Origin: Paragordius varius
Taxonomy: Eukaryota > Animalia > Nematomorpha
Direction of reading: 5' to 3'
DNA length: 64,000 nt
Assembly (NCBI GenBank): GCA_964247055.1
Contig: OZ176054.1
Span: forward strand, 9,982,001 to 10,046,000
Part shown: one piece after another, positions 52,732-64,000 of the stretch
How positions within the stretch are numbered: position 1 is the stretch's first letter
Layout of the letters: every line of letters begins with the position of its first letter
Program-made: the position numbers and the translations under genes
The notes under the pieces: model-generated
The model's input: only the letters and a program-made list of their open reading frames with translations
What the model was told of the DNA's origin: nothing
Database searches by the model: none

Positions 52732-53022
52732 AATTTTATCAAATCTCCTGCTTTTTTATTATTTGTCCCATCATCTTATGCGTTTAAGGATATGATCCCT
52801 AAAGAAACATGGCTACTTGCTTGTGGATAAAAACTGACAAGATTAATATATTAAATTCATTTCATTCCATCTCGGTGTACATCTAATTCAGACGAGGGAG
52901 GGAAGATCTGTCCAAATTGATTTCCCAGTGATTTATTAATATAATCTACATCGACACACAAAAACTATCAAAACATACATTATCTACATATCATATATAT
53001 TAATTTCATTATAATACAAATT

Positions 53023-56000
53023 ATGTTTAGTCCAAAATTATTTCGTATACCTATAACTACATTTAGCAAACTAATTAACCACAAAAATACATCCGTTTCT
53101 TGTTTAATTATTATATGTTTAGCCCTGACATATTTATTAGGGTACAACTCAACGGCGTGCAGCCACAAAAATCCAAATTCCAATAACTCGATCCATATAA
53201 GAACAGATCTAGACAATTTAATAGGGAAATGGATGGAAAGACCAGCAAATTTGAATTTATTTGCAAATAATCCGCTTAATACATCATTTCCCCAACACCA
53301 CAAAAATCCTAATTTTTTAAATCAAAAAGGAATTTTGTCAACCATTCCAATTTTTAAAAGGTTAATAAAGACAAATTTATTAGAAACAAAAAGAAAACGA
53401 TCCTCCGGACTAGGTGGAGAAGTTGAAAAAAATCATTCAAATTACGATGCATTAGTGCGGAAAATGGAGAAATTAAAATATTTTACTTACACACCTATTA
53501 TAACTATTCTAATCATTTTTGGCCTATTTGGAAATTTATCTATCATAGCTGTTTGTTGGTATCAAAATACTCGATCTACGGGTTATATGTAAGTCTTACT
53601 TATTAGATATAAAAACATCAAATGTTAATAATATGATTAGAAAAAAATATATTTTTCTGGTGCATATTCTTATACAAAACAGTATTTTGGGGAGCCATGA
53701 CCTAAAATACATTAAAAAAGTTAAAACACCAATGAATTTAAAATCTTTCAATTTGACAAATAGCGTGTTTGGGTTATATTAAACAAGTTAAAATAATAGC
53801 AAAAGCTTATATTAAATGTGATTTATGTATATTTATCAGAATTTGTTTAATGTATCTTTATGATTATAAATATATAGTTATAACCATGATAATTAAAATA
53901 TAATTGGCCCAAACTTAAGCTTTTAAATTGGATTATTAATTTTTACTAATTTGATAGAGAGAAACATTAGATCGTTGTATATATCTGACCACATTCACCA
54001 TTAATTGATATTTTGTAAATTAATATAATTTTGTGCTTGCCCCTAATTTTCACACGATTGATAATTTTTTAAAACCATAAATACGGTTTTATTTAAAAGT
54101 TATATTTAATTAAATAAAATAAAACCAATACCCAAATAATACTTTAAATAAATTTATCTAACAGAGTTAAATGGTCAATTTTTTATCAACATTCTCGCCA
54201 TTTTCATGAAATTATAATAAATATTCTAAATTAAGTCCACATTTATACGCCAATGATGCGATAAGAATGAATAATTTTATTATTGAAGCTTTAACGGCCA
54301 ATTTTCCTATTTTCTAATCATCAAAGACTGCTATCCATATTGTATGCAGTGTTTTTAGTTAGGGTATTACGAGAATTGTAAATTAATTTTTACGTACGTA
54401 TAATCATTATCTGTAAAAACTGAATTAAAAATACATAATGCTTAGTTGAAATTGTGACAAGGTAAATTTTTGCATCTTTTTCGAATGCTGATATATAACG
54501 AACGAGACATATTGATTGTTAATCCAATTATTTTAAAAACATCTTTTCCTGTTATAAAGCTTCCCCTCTATCTTTGGAATTAAGTGCATTTTCTCCATAA
54601 ATCAATAATAATCATATTTTAAAAATCATTTATTGTATTTTTGGAAATATTGGAAAAGTTATTTAAAACATAGTGAAAATTTTTACAAGCGCGTAGGCCT
54701 CACTAAAAAATATATAGCTGTCTTTTGATAATAATATATTTTAAAAGGAATTCAATTAAATTTAAATTTTACCAAGTCCAAACATATCATTTTAAACTCG
54801 TTAATATATATTTCTTGAAAAACGCAAACAAACATTATTAAGCTTTTTGGATTAAGATTTCAAATTTTTTGGGAAAACAGTTATTAATGCCACACATCGA
54901 AAATGATATAATAGCTTTTTAAAATATTATAGTCATTTCACATCATTTTCAGTTTATTTTTGGAATTTCGTTTTTAACAAATTTTCATGGAGTACCACAT
55001 CTGTTAGAAAGGTTATAAGTTTTGTATAACATCCGGTGTCAAAAATATGCTTCCATAAAATTCTGCTAAAATTTTATAATTGATGTATTTTGGAAAAATA
55101 TGATATTAGCATTTTGCACAGGCACACCTACTTATAAGCGGTTTAGTGATGTTTTAAGATATTTTTTCTGCCCAAATTAATGGAATGAGTTTCGGACCAG
55201 TCAAACTGCCTATGAATGCAGCCATTCGCGCAGTGGCGGAACTATAAATCTCTGCGGAAAGATTTAGACTAAAGGCCCTTTCACTCAGGGCTTCGCTAAA
55301 GAGCTCTTAAAATTTGAAATGGCACAAAATAAAATAATGATATATTTGTATCTAATCGTTTTGAAAGTTCAAATTTTCTTTCATTCAAGTTTCAATTAAT
55401 TTAAGTTTTATTTAAGTTTATTTTTATTATTATATTGACGTAAAATGATATACAAAATTGTTATTTCCGTAATATATTATTTTTTAACTTCATATGGCAT
55501 ATAATTTTTTATGAATCACTAAAAAATAAACAATTTTTTATAATTCTTAGGTGGGATGTATGTAATCCTTAATTTTTTATTTTCTTAATCTCTATCCACT
55601 TTTCAATTTTTTATGAAACAAATTTTACACTTTTTTAATTTTGGCCACACACACGTAAATAATTTTTTTTATAAATTTTTTCATTTTATATTTTTCCGTG
55701 TCTTTATGTATTAAAAATTAACATAATCTGAACGTTAAGAATTTAATTTTTCTCATCAAGTAAATACTTAAGAACTGATCATTGGATATACTAAAAATCT
55801 GGTGTAAATTTACGCAAAGTATTTTGTAATTATTTACTGCATCAGGTTCAAAAAATCTGGTCACATTACGACAAGACCAAAAACTAAATGGATATGAGAA
55901 TGCTGATACATTTTTCTACCATTATAAAATGATTAATATAATTATAATCATATTTTATTCTATCTTCCATATTCTAATTATTAAATATATATGGAAGCCG

Positions 56001-58901
56001 TATATTATTTACTTTAGGGAAGCCTTTTAAAAAAATTTAAAATTTAATTAAAATGTTAGATATTGGAAACATGACTATATAAAGATGACAAATCTTAGAC
56101 TTTAAGAACCGGATAAGGCTTAAAAATTAAAAAATTTATTATTTTTTATTATAATGAAAAAAACGTACATGTTAAAATTTTTTAGCTGATCAACTTGCTC
56201 TAAGATAGAATGACCGTTTAATATACTCAAATTATAATTTAATGCAATAAAATAAGGATTTGATAATAAAAACGAACGAAAAATTTATATTTCATTACAG
56301 TTAATACTCTCTTTTATCTATATTGTGAAAAATTCCCATTGAATATTCCATCGACGTATTTTTTAAAAAAATTATACAAAGGCAATATAAAAAATAATAT
56401 CTTTAAATATTTGTTTAATTGATAGTGAATTAAATATAATTCTAGATTAACTTCAACAGTCCAGTTTATTATATATCATCTTTAAATGATAAAAATTGTC
56501 TTTAAAGCTTGGAGCTAGAATGCAAAGGCTTTTTTACGGTTCTAGCCTTAATATATAAATACAAGAATGCTATTTATTAACAAAATTTTTAAGTCGTTCA
56601 TAATTGTTTACATTCAATGAAGGAGGAATTAAAATATTTTTATGAACGACGATACGAGTCTGATATACTGACTATATAGTGATAAAATTAATTAACATGT
56701 TCAACCACCAATTCCATTTGTCATGCGTTTAACGTTTGTTTTTGAATTAACGATAATTAGATGAAAAAATTCTAAGAAAAATAATGTGCATTTTATCAGG
56801 GCCAGAAACTACATTGTTTCAATCCACTGGTCCTAGTTTTCAAATTTAAAAATATTTGAACCCAGATTTTGCAATTACACTTTTTAAGAATATATTACAG
56901 ATATTTATAACAGGCAAAATTTATTACACATAATTTAATTGTAATGAACATAAGATTTTTTTTGCGTCTAGGTATATTGGTTGTTTAGCGATTTCGGATT
57001 TGTTAGCGTGTATATGCATGATACCATGGCCTGTTATTCATCTCGTAGCAATCCATCACAAATTACCTCTAGGCTATTCATACGGATGGAATTGGTTTTT
57101 AGTGCGAATAACTATAGTTTTGGTGAATTGCTTTATGAAAACTAGTGCACTTTTGACGTGTGCACTAAGCCTGGACCGATATATTGCCTTGCATTACCCT
57201 CACAAATATGCTGCCTTGACGAAAAAACAGATTAACTCCATTTATTCAACCAAAGTAATTGCTTTCATATGTTTTATTGTCTCCCTCATTTTTATGTTAC
57301 CTCGGCTCATGAAATTTGACATTACTCCAATGATTTGTCGGACAAACAGCAATGATTATCAAAGCCAACCTTTAAATAAAAACAATACATCATTCATAAA
57401 GAATATTCCAAATAATATTATAATGCCAACCGATTATATAGAACATGCTATGGATGATATATTACATACGCATACATTGTGGTCTCCACCTTTAGAATTG
57501 CCAATGTATTTATCGCAACAAGCTGTTTTATCTTTTTCAAAACGAGATTTAACATACCGTGAAGGTGCAAATTTTTTAGACAAAAATGATAATATATACA
57601 ACATGTCGACGTCAGCTGCATTAGTCATAAATAATAATGATAAGAGTGGTAAGTCTTGTTACACCTTTAAAATAAATCAAATTTATCATTCCTCAAGGAT
57701 TTATGCAGCTTATAAATGGGCCCGCGAAATTATCTTGACATTGATTCCTTTAATACTTTTGGCGTTTCTTAACATATGCATTATACACAAATATAAAACA
57801 GATATTATGAAACGGAAATATTCAATGATTTTAACATCAAACACGGTTCGAACATCATTGGAGCAAACTACGGTATCAGGATTAAATCGAGTTAATTCCC
57901 AGAAATGGGGAACGAATTTGGCCAAAAATATAAGAAGGAAAACTTTAGCAATGGTCCAAATCAAGCCAAAACCGAGATTAAAGCGATGTTATACAACTGA
58001 AATTAAAATTCGCTTAAATAATGTGGAACAAACGAATAAATTAAAGGAACCTCTGTTAAATGTTTCCCCTGTCACTAAAGATGGGCCAAAAAACCCTGTA
58101 AGAGGCAAAACAGACATTCAAAAATTAAATATTTACAAGGTCGCTCCATCTCTAATAAATGCAAATTTGGGATCTTCCCTAGATAGTGAAATGGGCATGC
58201 ATAAAATCGAAAACACAAGTTTTACTGATGTTCCAGGTACACCACCAAATCTTCGCAAAAACTATATTGTAAAAAATCAAACTTTAGAAAAACAATCCTC
58301 AATAAACCATCGAATAAAGAGTATTCCCAAAAAACGAACGTCTTTTGCCACGATGAATGCTAGAAATTCTGTTCGAATACCAAAAAATCAATCAACCAAT
58401 ATAATTTTACCAAAAACAAGTTCATTTAGACCAGAAGAGAATACAACTACTCAATCACCAAAGCGTAATATGTCACTGGCACGCAGACTTAGCACCATGC
58501 TTGCACACTCTATTAGACAATCTTTAACCCTTAGTTTGGGTGGCAGGACAAATAGTATTCAACGACAAAGTATGTCTGAAGACTTGTGGCAAAAACACAA
58601 ACGTTACATAAAGGATGAGAGAAATCTTACACTCATGCTAATAATAACAGTCCTTCAGCACTGTCTATGTGCCGGACCCCAAGCACTTATTACAATATTT
58701 GATACGGCTGAAAGGAGACAAATCGTGTTACCACTGGAAATCACATTTCTAGTCACAAATTGTTTAGAAGCTTTAAACTATGTGCTCAATTTTTACATAT
58801 ATTGTGCGTTTGTCAAGGATTTCCGAGTCTCATTTTGTCACATGTTAGCTAGCCCATCCCTCCGCTGCAGACGACAAAGGAGAAGAAGTACATATTTTTA
58901 A
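53023..58901 (+). CDS. Class A (rhodopsin-like) peptide GPCR, FMRFamide/sex-peptide-receptor-like group; 2 exons, 831 aa
   Basis: Exon 1 53023-53588 (TM1 FGLFGNLSII, donor AT|GTAAGT). Exon 2 56972-58901 (acceptor TCTAG). The junction rebuilds STGYMYIGCLAISDLL (TM2 LAxxD). LDRY, TM6 CLCAGP, TM7 NYVLNFYIYC. Confidence 0.93.
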
Positions 58902-61372
58902 AAACGGCATAAAAGGTTTGCACATAATATGAATGATGCAATAAACCTTCCGTTCGATGAAAAACATGCAGACGAAAGATGAATATCCGTATATTTTTGC
59001 CTTATATTATCTGATTTACATGTTTTTCTGGGTAAGTTTTACTCGAATAACATGCAACAAAAAAGGGTCAAACTTAAAAAAAATTAATTTTTAAGGGTGT
59101 TTAGCTCAAAAAATATTTATTTTTAAATTCCGAAAAATGTACCACTCAAAAACATCTATAATAGTAAAACATTTCATTAACTTTTCACTTTTATACATGA
59201 CAAATGCATGTTGGGTAATCAAAATCTCGTGCTTTAAATTTGCAAAAAATTAAATATATAAAATATTTTTGTTAAATTATAATTCATTAACTATTTTGTC
59301 GGATCACAAATTATTATGAGTTTTCTAAGCTCAAACTCAAAAAACTTAATAAAACTCATATCCATTTGATCTTAACAGCTGTTAAAATTGATATATATAA
59401 ATTTACTGCTAAAATGCAATTATAATATATAGCAACAAAAAGTTTAAAATAAGCAATTTTTTAATATTTCATTTTGAATATTTTTTTCTAATAGTGCGCC
59501 TATAAGGCTAGAGTATTCATCATTTTAAAGGGTAAAAAACTACCTTAAAGGGTAATGAAACATTAAAAAATACGAATTCTTAAAATTTTCCTAAATGCTT
59601 TATATCTTCGACCGTTATCTACATAAAAAGTATTTTTTTATAATATATTGACAATTTTTTATAGTATTGTAAAAATTAAAACGCAATTTAATTTAAAGGT
59701 GTTTTGTAAATAAAAATCTTCTAAATATATCAACTTATCGCTATCAAAAAGGAAGAACATTTTAAAAATTCTCGACCGCAGCTAAACATTGTTAAAAATG
59801 AGCTTATGTTAACACTAATCCGCTAAATATATATTTGTCAATACTTGTGTCTTAGCCAAATATCATTTTTATCTTTCCCAATGCAAATCATTTTATAATT
59901 TGTGATATCAATATTAATAAATATCCTTCACCCTTTCACAAAAAGGAATCATTTATCATGAATAAAATATCAAATTACATCTTCTATATTATGATAAAAA
60001 TAGCAAAACTGTTTTCCTGCAGGGTGTTAGTTTTCTCATAAGCTAAACTCATGAGCACGAGTAAGGATTGTAAAGTTAGGACACTTTATATACATTCAGA
60101 AATCGGCTATGAAAAAGGCTAAAATAAAAACAAATTATTTATAAATGACTACCGAATATTTTCACTAAAAAGGCTTTTAACTCTATAATAATCTTTCATT
60201 TTTTACACACCATAAAGTTGTTAAAAGATGAGACCGAAGAAGATTTACGGTTTACCGATTGTATATTAGTAGTAAAATGGGTATTTTTTTATGTTTTGTA
60301 ACATATTTCCTTGCAAATTTGAAAACAATTTTTCGACAAGTAATCCTACCTGACTTACAGTTTCTCTCCATTGTTTAAATGATGTGTCTTGAACTGGACG
60401 AAAACCGGAACACATGAAACACTGACCTTATTTTGTTTCAATTACAGTCCCCATACTTACCTAAATAATATTATGATTCCATCTGCAATCGGTAGGAAGA
60501 ACCAATTGAGTTTTGAGCAAAAAATCTCCATTCAGGAAATGTTTAGCTGTTGTTTACTTTTTTTGCGTTTATGGGATTATTTCTATGAGCATTGTTCAAT
60601 AAATCATAGATGATATCTTCTAAGATAATATTCGTATTAAATAGGCTTATTTTTCCTTACTCTATAATCAATGATATAGTTATTAATTTTTAAGGATTAT
60701 TAATTTGGCACATTGAATTTATAATTTAATGTGTCAATAAAGAGTTATCATTACTTTTCTCCCATTTAATTACAACTTTGATTAATTAATATTTTTATTA
60801 ATAACAAACAACACATGTTTTTAAGTGCGCATTGATTATTCCAAAAATAAAAAGTTTAATTGAGAAAATCTAAATTTGCCGATTCAGTATAGAAACTTTT
60901 TAAAATTATAGATTAGGATACAAATGTTGTGGGCCATTATAAAAATTGATAGGCATGCGCACCTGAAACATTTATAAATATAAATCTTAAATGTGATATT
61001 TGGCTTATGATGTCAAATTTAAAAAATAGAAAGTTAAGACATTTTAAAAATATATCGGCAGAAATTTTATTTTATCCATTTTTTTGCACAGACATAAGGT
61101 ATAGTGAAGTAACAAATAAAATAATGAATTGTTTTATATGTAAAGAACTCATGTCCTTACCAAATGTTTGATGATTCAGATCTTTTGAAAGAAAATCTAC
61201 CTTAAATAATCCAGTAATGGCGTTGATATTTAGCATGTAATAAAACGTGATCGTAAAAATAATAAATAATTCATTGACAAACTTATCCACAATAATTTTT
61301 TACGCATCAGACGACTTCTTAGGCCCAACAGCAAAGCATGAGACTGATAGATTTATCTAACATATTATATAA

Positions 61373-62098
61373 GGGTCGGTTCTTTGAACAAGTGGAAGAA
61401 CCGCGTTGGTTCCTTAGAAATTTAGCGGTTCCGGAACCGGTTCCATTTTCAGTTCTTGACTTTGATTAAATGATTTTCTTACAATATTATTATAACAATA
61501 ATAAAACAACCAAATTATTAACAATTATAAATTAAACAATTTTTTATATTCCAAATATATAGAGAAAAAAATATATAGTAGAATAAATGAAATAAATTTA
61601 AAAATATAATATGAAAATGTATAATTACAAAGGTATTGAGTGTTAATTAAGTATGGCATCTAAAAAAAATTTTTATTTAAAATTAAATACTACACCAAGC
61701 AATTCGCTGGTCAAACTGTTTATCAGATCTGAAAATAAAATTAAGGGTGAAAAAACTCTTTCAACGGAGACCTATATATACGAATATATGGAATATAAAT
61801 AAACTGGGAATAAGACTATAAGTTTTTTTGAACAGCCGAATCGCCCAAAATTCAGAGAATATCGCTAATATAATATTAACTTAGTTTTAGGTTTAAAGTT
61901 TGAAGAATATAATATGTAGTGGTACAATCAAATTTAAATAATAAAATAAAATTTTTATAATAAAAATCATATGGGAACCAGTAATTAAGGAGGAACCGGG
62001 TAGGTTCCTGAACGGTTGGGACCGGAACCGGGTTGGTTCCATCCCAATGGAACCGGTTCTTGTTAAAATCCAAGGAACCAGGTTCCGGTTCCGAGCCC
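61373..62098. mobile_element. Terminally truncated copy of the 47504-48435 MITE
   Basis: Shares GGAACC blocks and the internal aacagccgaat..aaaattcagaga.tatcgctaatataatatt segment. Outermost TIRs are missing. Confidence 0.8.
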
Positions 62099-62502
62099 AA
62101 AAGCTTTGATTCGAAAGTGCATTTATAAAAAAACTTTGACTGTAAAAATTATCTTTATAAGAATTATTTCAGCAAATATCTAATAATGCTTATTTGAAAA
62201 ATGCTTAATAATAGCTTGACATGGAATAGGGAATTAATGATTGTTTTAAACAATAATTAAATTTTGCAATTTAGTGTTAATTTAATAATTAAAGTTCAGA
62301 TGATCCTTAACACTGATGCTTATGTGCCTTTTTAATTAGACAATAAAAAACTGTCAATAGGATTGGATGGTTTTAATATGAAGACGCACTGCAATCAGAA
62401 GGCGAGAAAATATAATAACATTAAATCCGCCATTAAAACAAACGTTAATTTAAAATAAATAAAAAATAAAAATTTATAAATTTAAATCATTGATGCATAA
62501 TT

Positions 62503-64000
62503 TCAAAAACTTTTTGAATGATGCATTCCCTTTACCATATCTTCCAAATCCTTGTTCAAATCATCTTTAGTGTTATTTTTATTGCGATTGGATGCTAAGT
62601 CAATTTCATCAAAAGCTTTTGAACGCTCCTCTGGTTTAATTACTATATCATTCTTTGGGTAATTTAATACATGTGAATGTTGGTGGGGATGCTTCATAAT
62701 CCACCAAATAAAAAGCAAAACTACAACTGAACTTATAGGATGTACGGAAAATTTTAAAAAGTTTGCAAAAATATTATAGTTTTCTGTGGGATGACCTTTA
62801 ATCGACCATATGTAGCCAGTTTTAAACACTGTGATACAGTGTGGCAAACACATGCATAGTTGTAATAATGTTAAACCATAAATATAACAACGAGTTGATT
62901 GGTTGTCGATATTGTTTCGAAATTTTTTATGCTTGCTTGGAAAATATCGTAGAATGTATGTTTTGATGTGTAAAATGAATAATACAATGATTATCATAAC
63001 ATTAGCAGCAATTGGGATAACATAGGTTACTAGGATATAATATCTGTCATATTCAGGTGTAAAAACATCATGAAAATTATTCATATCATACCAATAGTAT
63101 GGGCAATAAAAACAATGTTCATCCAACGTATTAAATCTTTTACGTTTACAGGGACTCCGATCCCTACCAAAACTTTTATATTGATAACATTTAAACCCCT
63201 TTTTAATATCCACGTAGAATAGATATGGTAAAGCCATAATAAGGAGGAGAAATGCCAAAAATATTAGGATACTCAAATCTCGTATGAAAGGATTGATGAT
63301 TTGATTCTTTTTTGACATTTGGATTTGAAAATCTAATTTTTCCTTCGTACTAGTGGGCAAAGAATGAGATATAACGGATTTATTTTTGATTTTTTTCATC
63401 ATAGTTTTTTCTTCGTTATCATATATTTCAGTTACTTCTGCATTTTCTGGATAAAGTTGAGAGTTATTGTCACGTTTCCATGTGAGAGTTAATACAGCGT
63501 ACCTTATAAATAGTACGGTTAAAATCCAATTAACATTGGAGGACGTAACTTGTTCCAGGTAAAAAGTTACACGTCCAGCATAAACAATGTAAGATCTTTT
63601 GGATGCTCCTCTGCCCATTGTGTGATACAAAAAGGGGTATAGTATAAGATTAATGGTACCTAACATATTCCAGGTTACAATGGCCAAATTAAATGGATTA
63701 AAACATGATAGAGTTTGTATGGCGTATGGATCCTCGATTTCTTCCAATTGATAATTTTGATTTCGCCATTCTTTACGTTGAGTGCGATATTTTGCCCATA
63801 TATAGTAAAAATATATTTGGGCTATCAGACCAATAAATATAATTGGACCCAATGCATAAACATAATATGTCTTCTCTATCAATGTTGCTTGTCCTGGTAT
63901 ATTATTGCCAGTATTTTGACATTTTTGATATATGTCACAAACATTAGTATGTGTTACAGTAGTTTTGACTACTGGATCGGAAATCACGGTCAAATTAAAT
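62503..64000 (-). CDS. Divergent class A-like 7TM receptor (start lies beyond the window)
   Basis: Frame open from the window edge for at least 498 codons with seven hydrophobic segments. IRY at the DRY position, LPY in TM4, VIP in TM5, CMCLP in TM6. Confidence 0.8.
   Translation of the reverse strand, partial: FNLTVISDPVVKTTVTHTNVCDIYQKCQNTGNNIPGQATLIEKTYYVYALGPIIFIGLIAQIYFYYIWAKYRTQRKEWRNQNYQLEEIEDPYAIQTLSCFNPFNLAIVTWNMLGTINLILYPFLYHTMGRGASKRSYIVYAGRVTFYLEQVTSSNVNWILTVLFIRYAVLTLTWKRDNNSQLYPENAEVTEIYDNEEKTMMKKIKNKSVISHSLPTSTKEKLDFQIQMSKKNQIINPFIRDLSILIFLAFLLLIMALPYLFYVDIKKGFKCYQYKSFGRDRSPCKRKRFNTLDEHCFYCPYYWYDMNNFHDVFTPEYDRYYILVTYVIPIAANVMIIIVLFILHIKTYILRYFPSKHKKFRNNIDNQSTRCYIYGLTLLQLCMCLPHCITVFKTGYIWSIKGHPTENYNIFANFLKFSVHPISSVVVLLFIWWIMKHPHQHSHVLNYPKNDIVIKPEERSKAFDEIDLASNRNKNNTKDDLNKDLEDMVKGMHHSKSF

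Noticed and set aside
57434-57964. Antisense ORFs within the GPCR (also 52980-53303)
   Set aside because: Shadow frames of a real coding sequence.

Overview
AT-rich animal (invertebrate) genomic DNA. There are no operons, rRNA, tRNA or CRISPR arrays. About 53-64 kb holds two convergent class A GPCR genes: a two-exon peptide-receptor-like gene (53023-58901, +) and a very divergent 7TM gene that runs off the right edge (62503-64000, -). About 0-46 kb looks empty in the ORF track but carries a minus-strand tandem cluster of spliced genes built from micro-exons. Most of these exons are 9-90 nt, multiples of 3 and flanked by phase-1 introns, and many introns are only 24-28 nt with canonical GT-AG ends. 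Two paralogous copies of an acidic micro-exon block lie about 25 kb apart (27-6112, decaying; 21369-31420, open). A 12-exon micro-exon block encodes a glycine-zipper hydrophobic segment (20014-20993). A signal-peptide gene starts at 42201, and several degenerate ectodomain or transmembrane relics are also present. The cluster is packed with transposons: two Helitrons (one with an internal tandem array), hAT MITEs, TA-flanked foldback elements (some nested), two mariner relics, two LINE relics and a Penelope-like fragment with inverted arms and a hammerhead-like motif. All exon models were derived by hand from splice signals, frame continuity and paralog comparison and need RNA-seq. Which blocks join into one transcript is unresolved.
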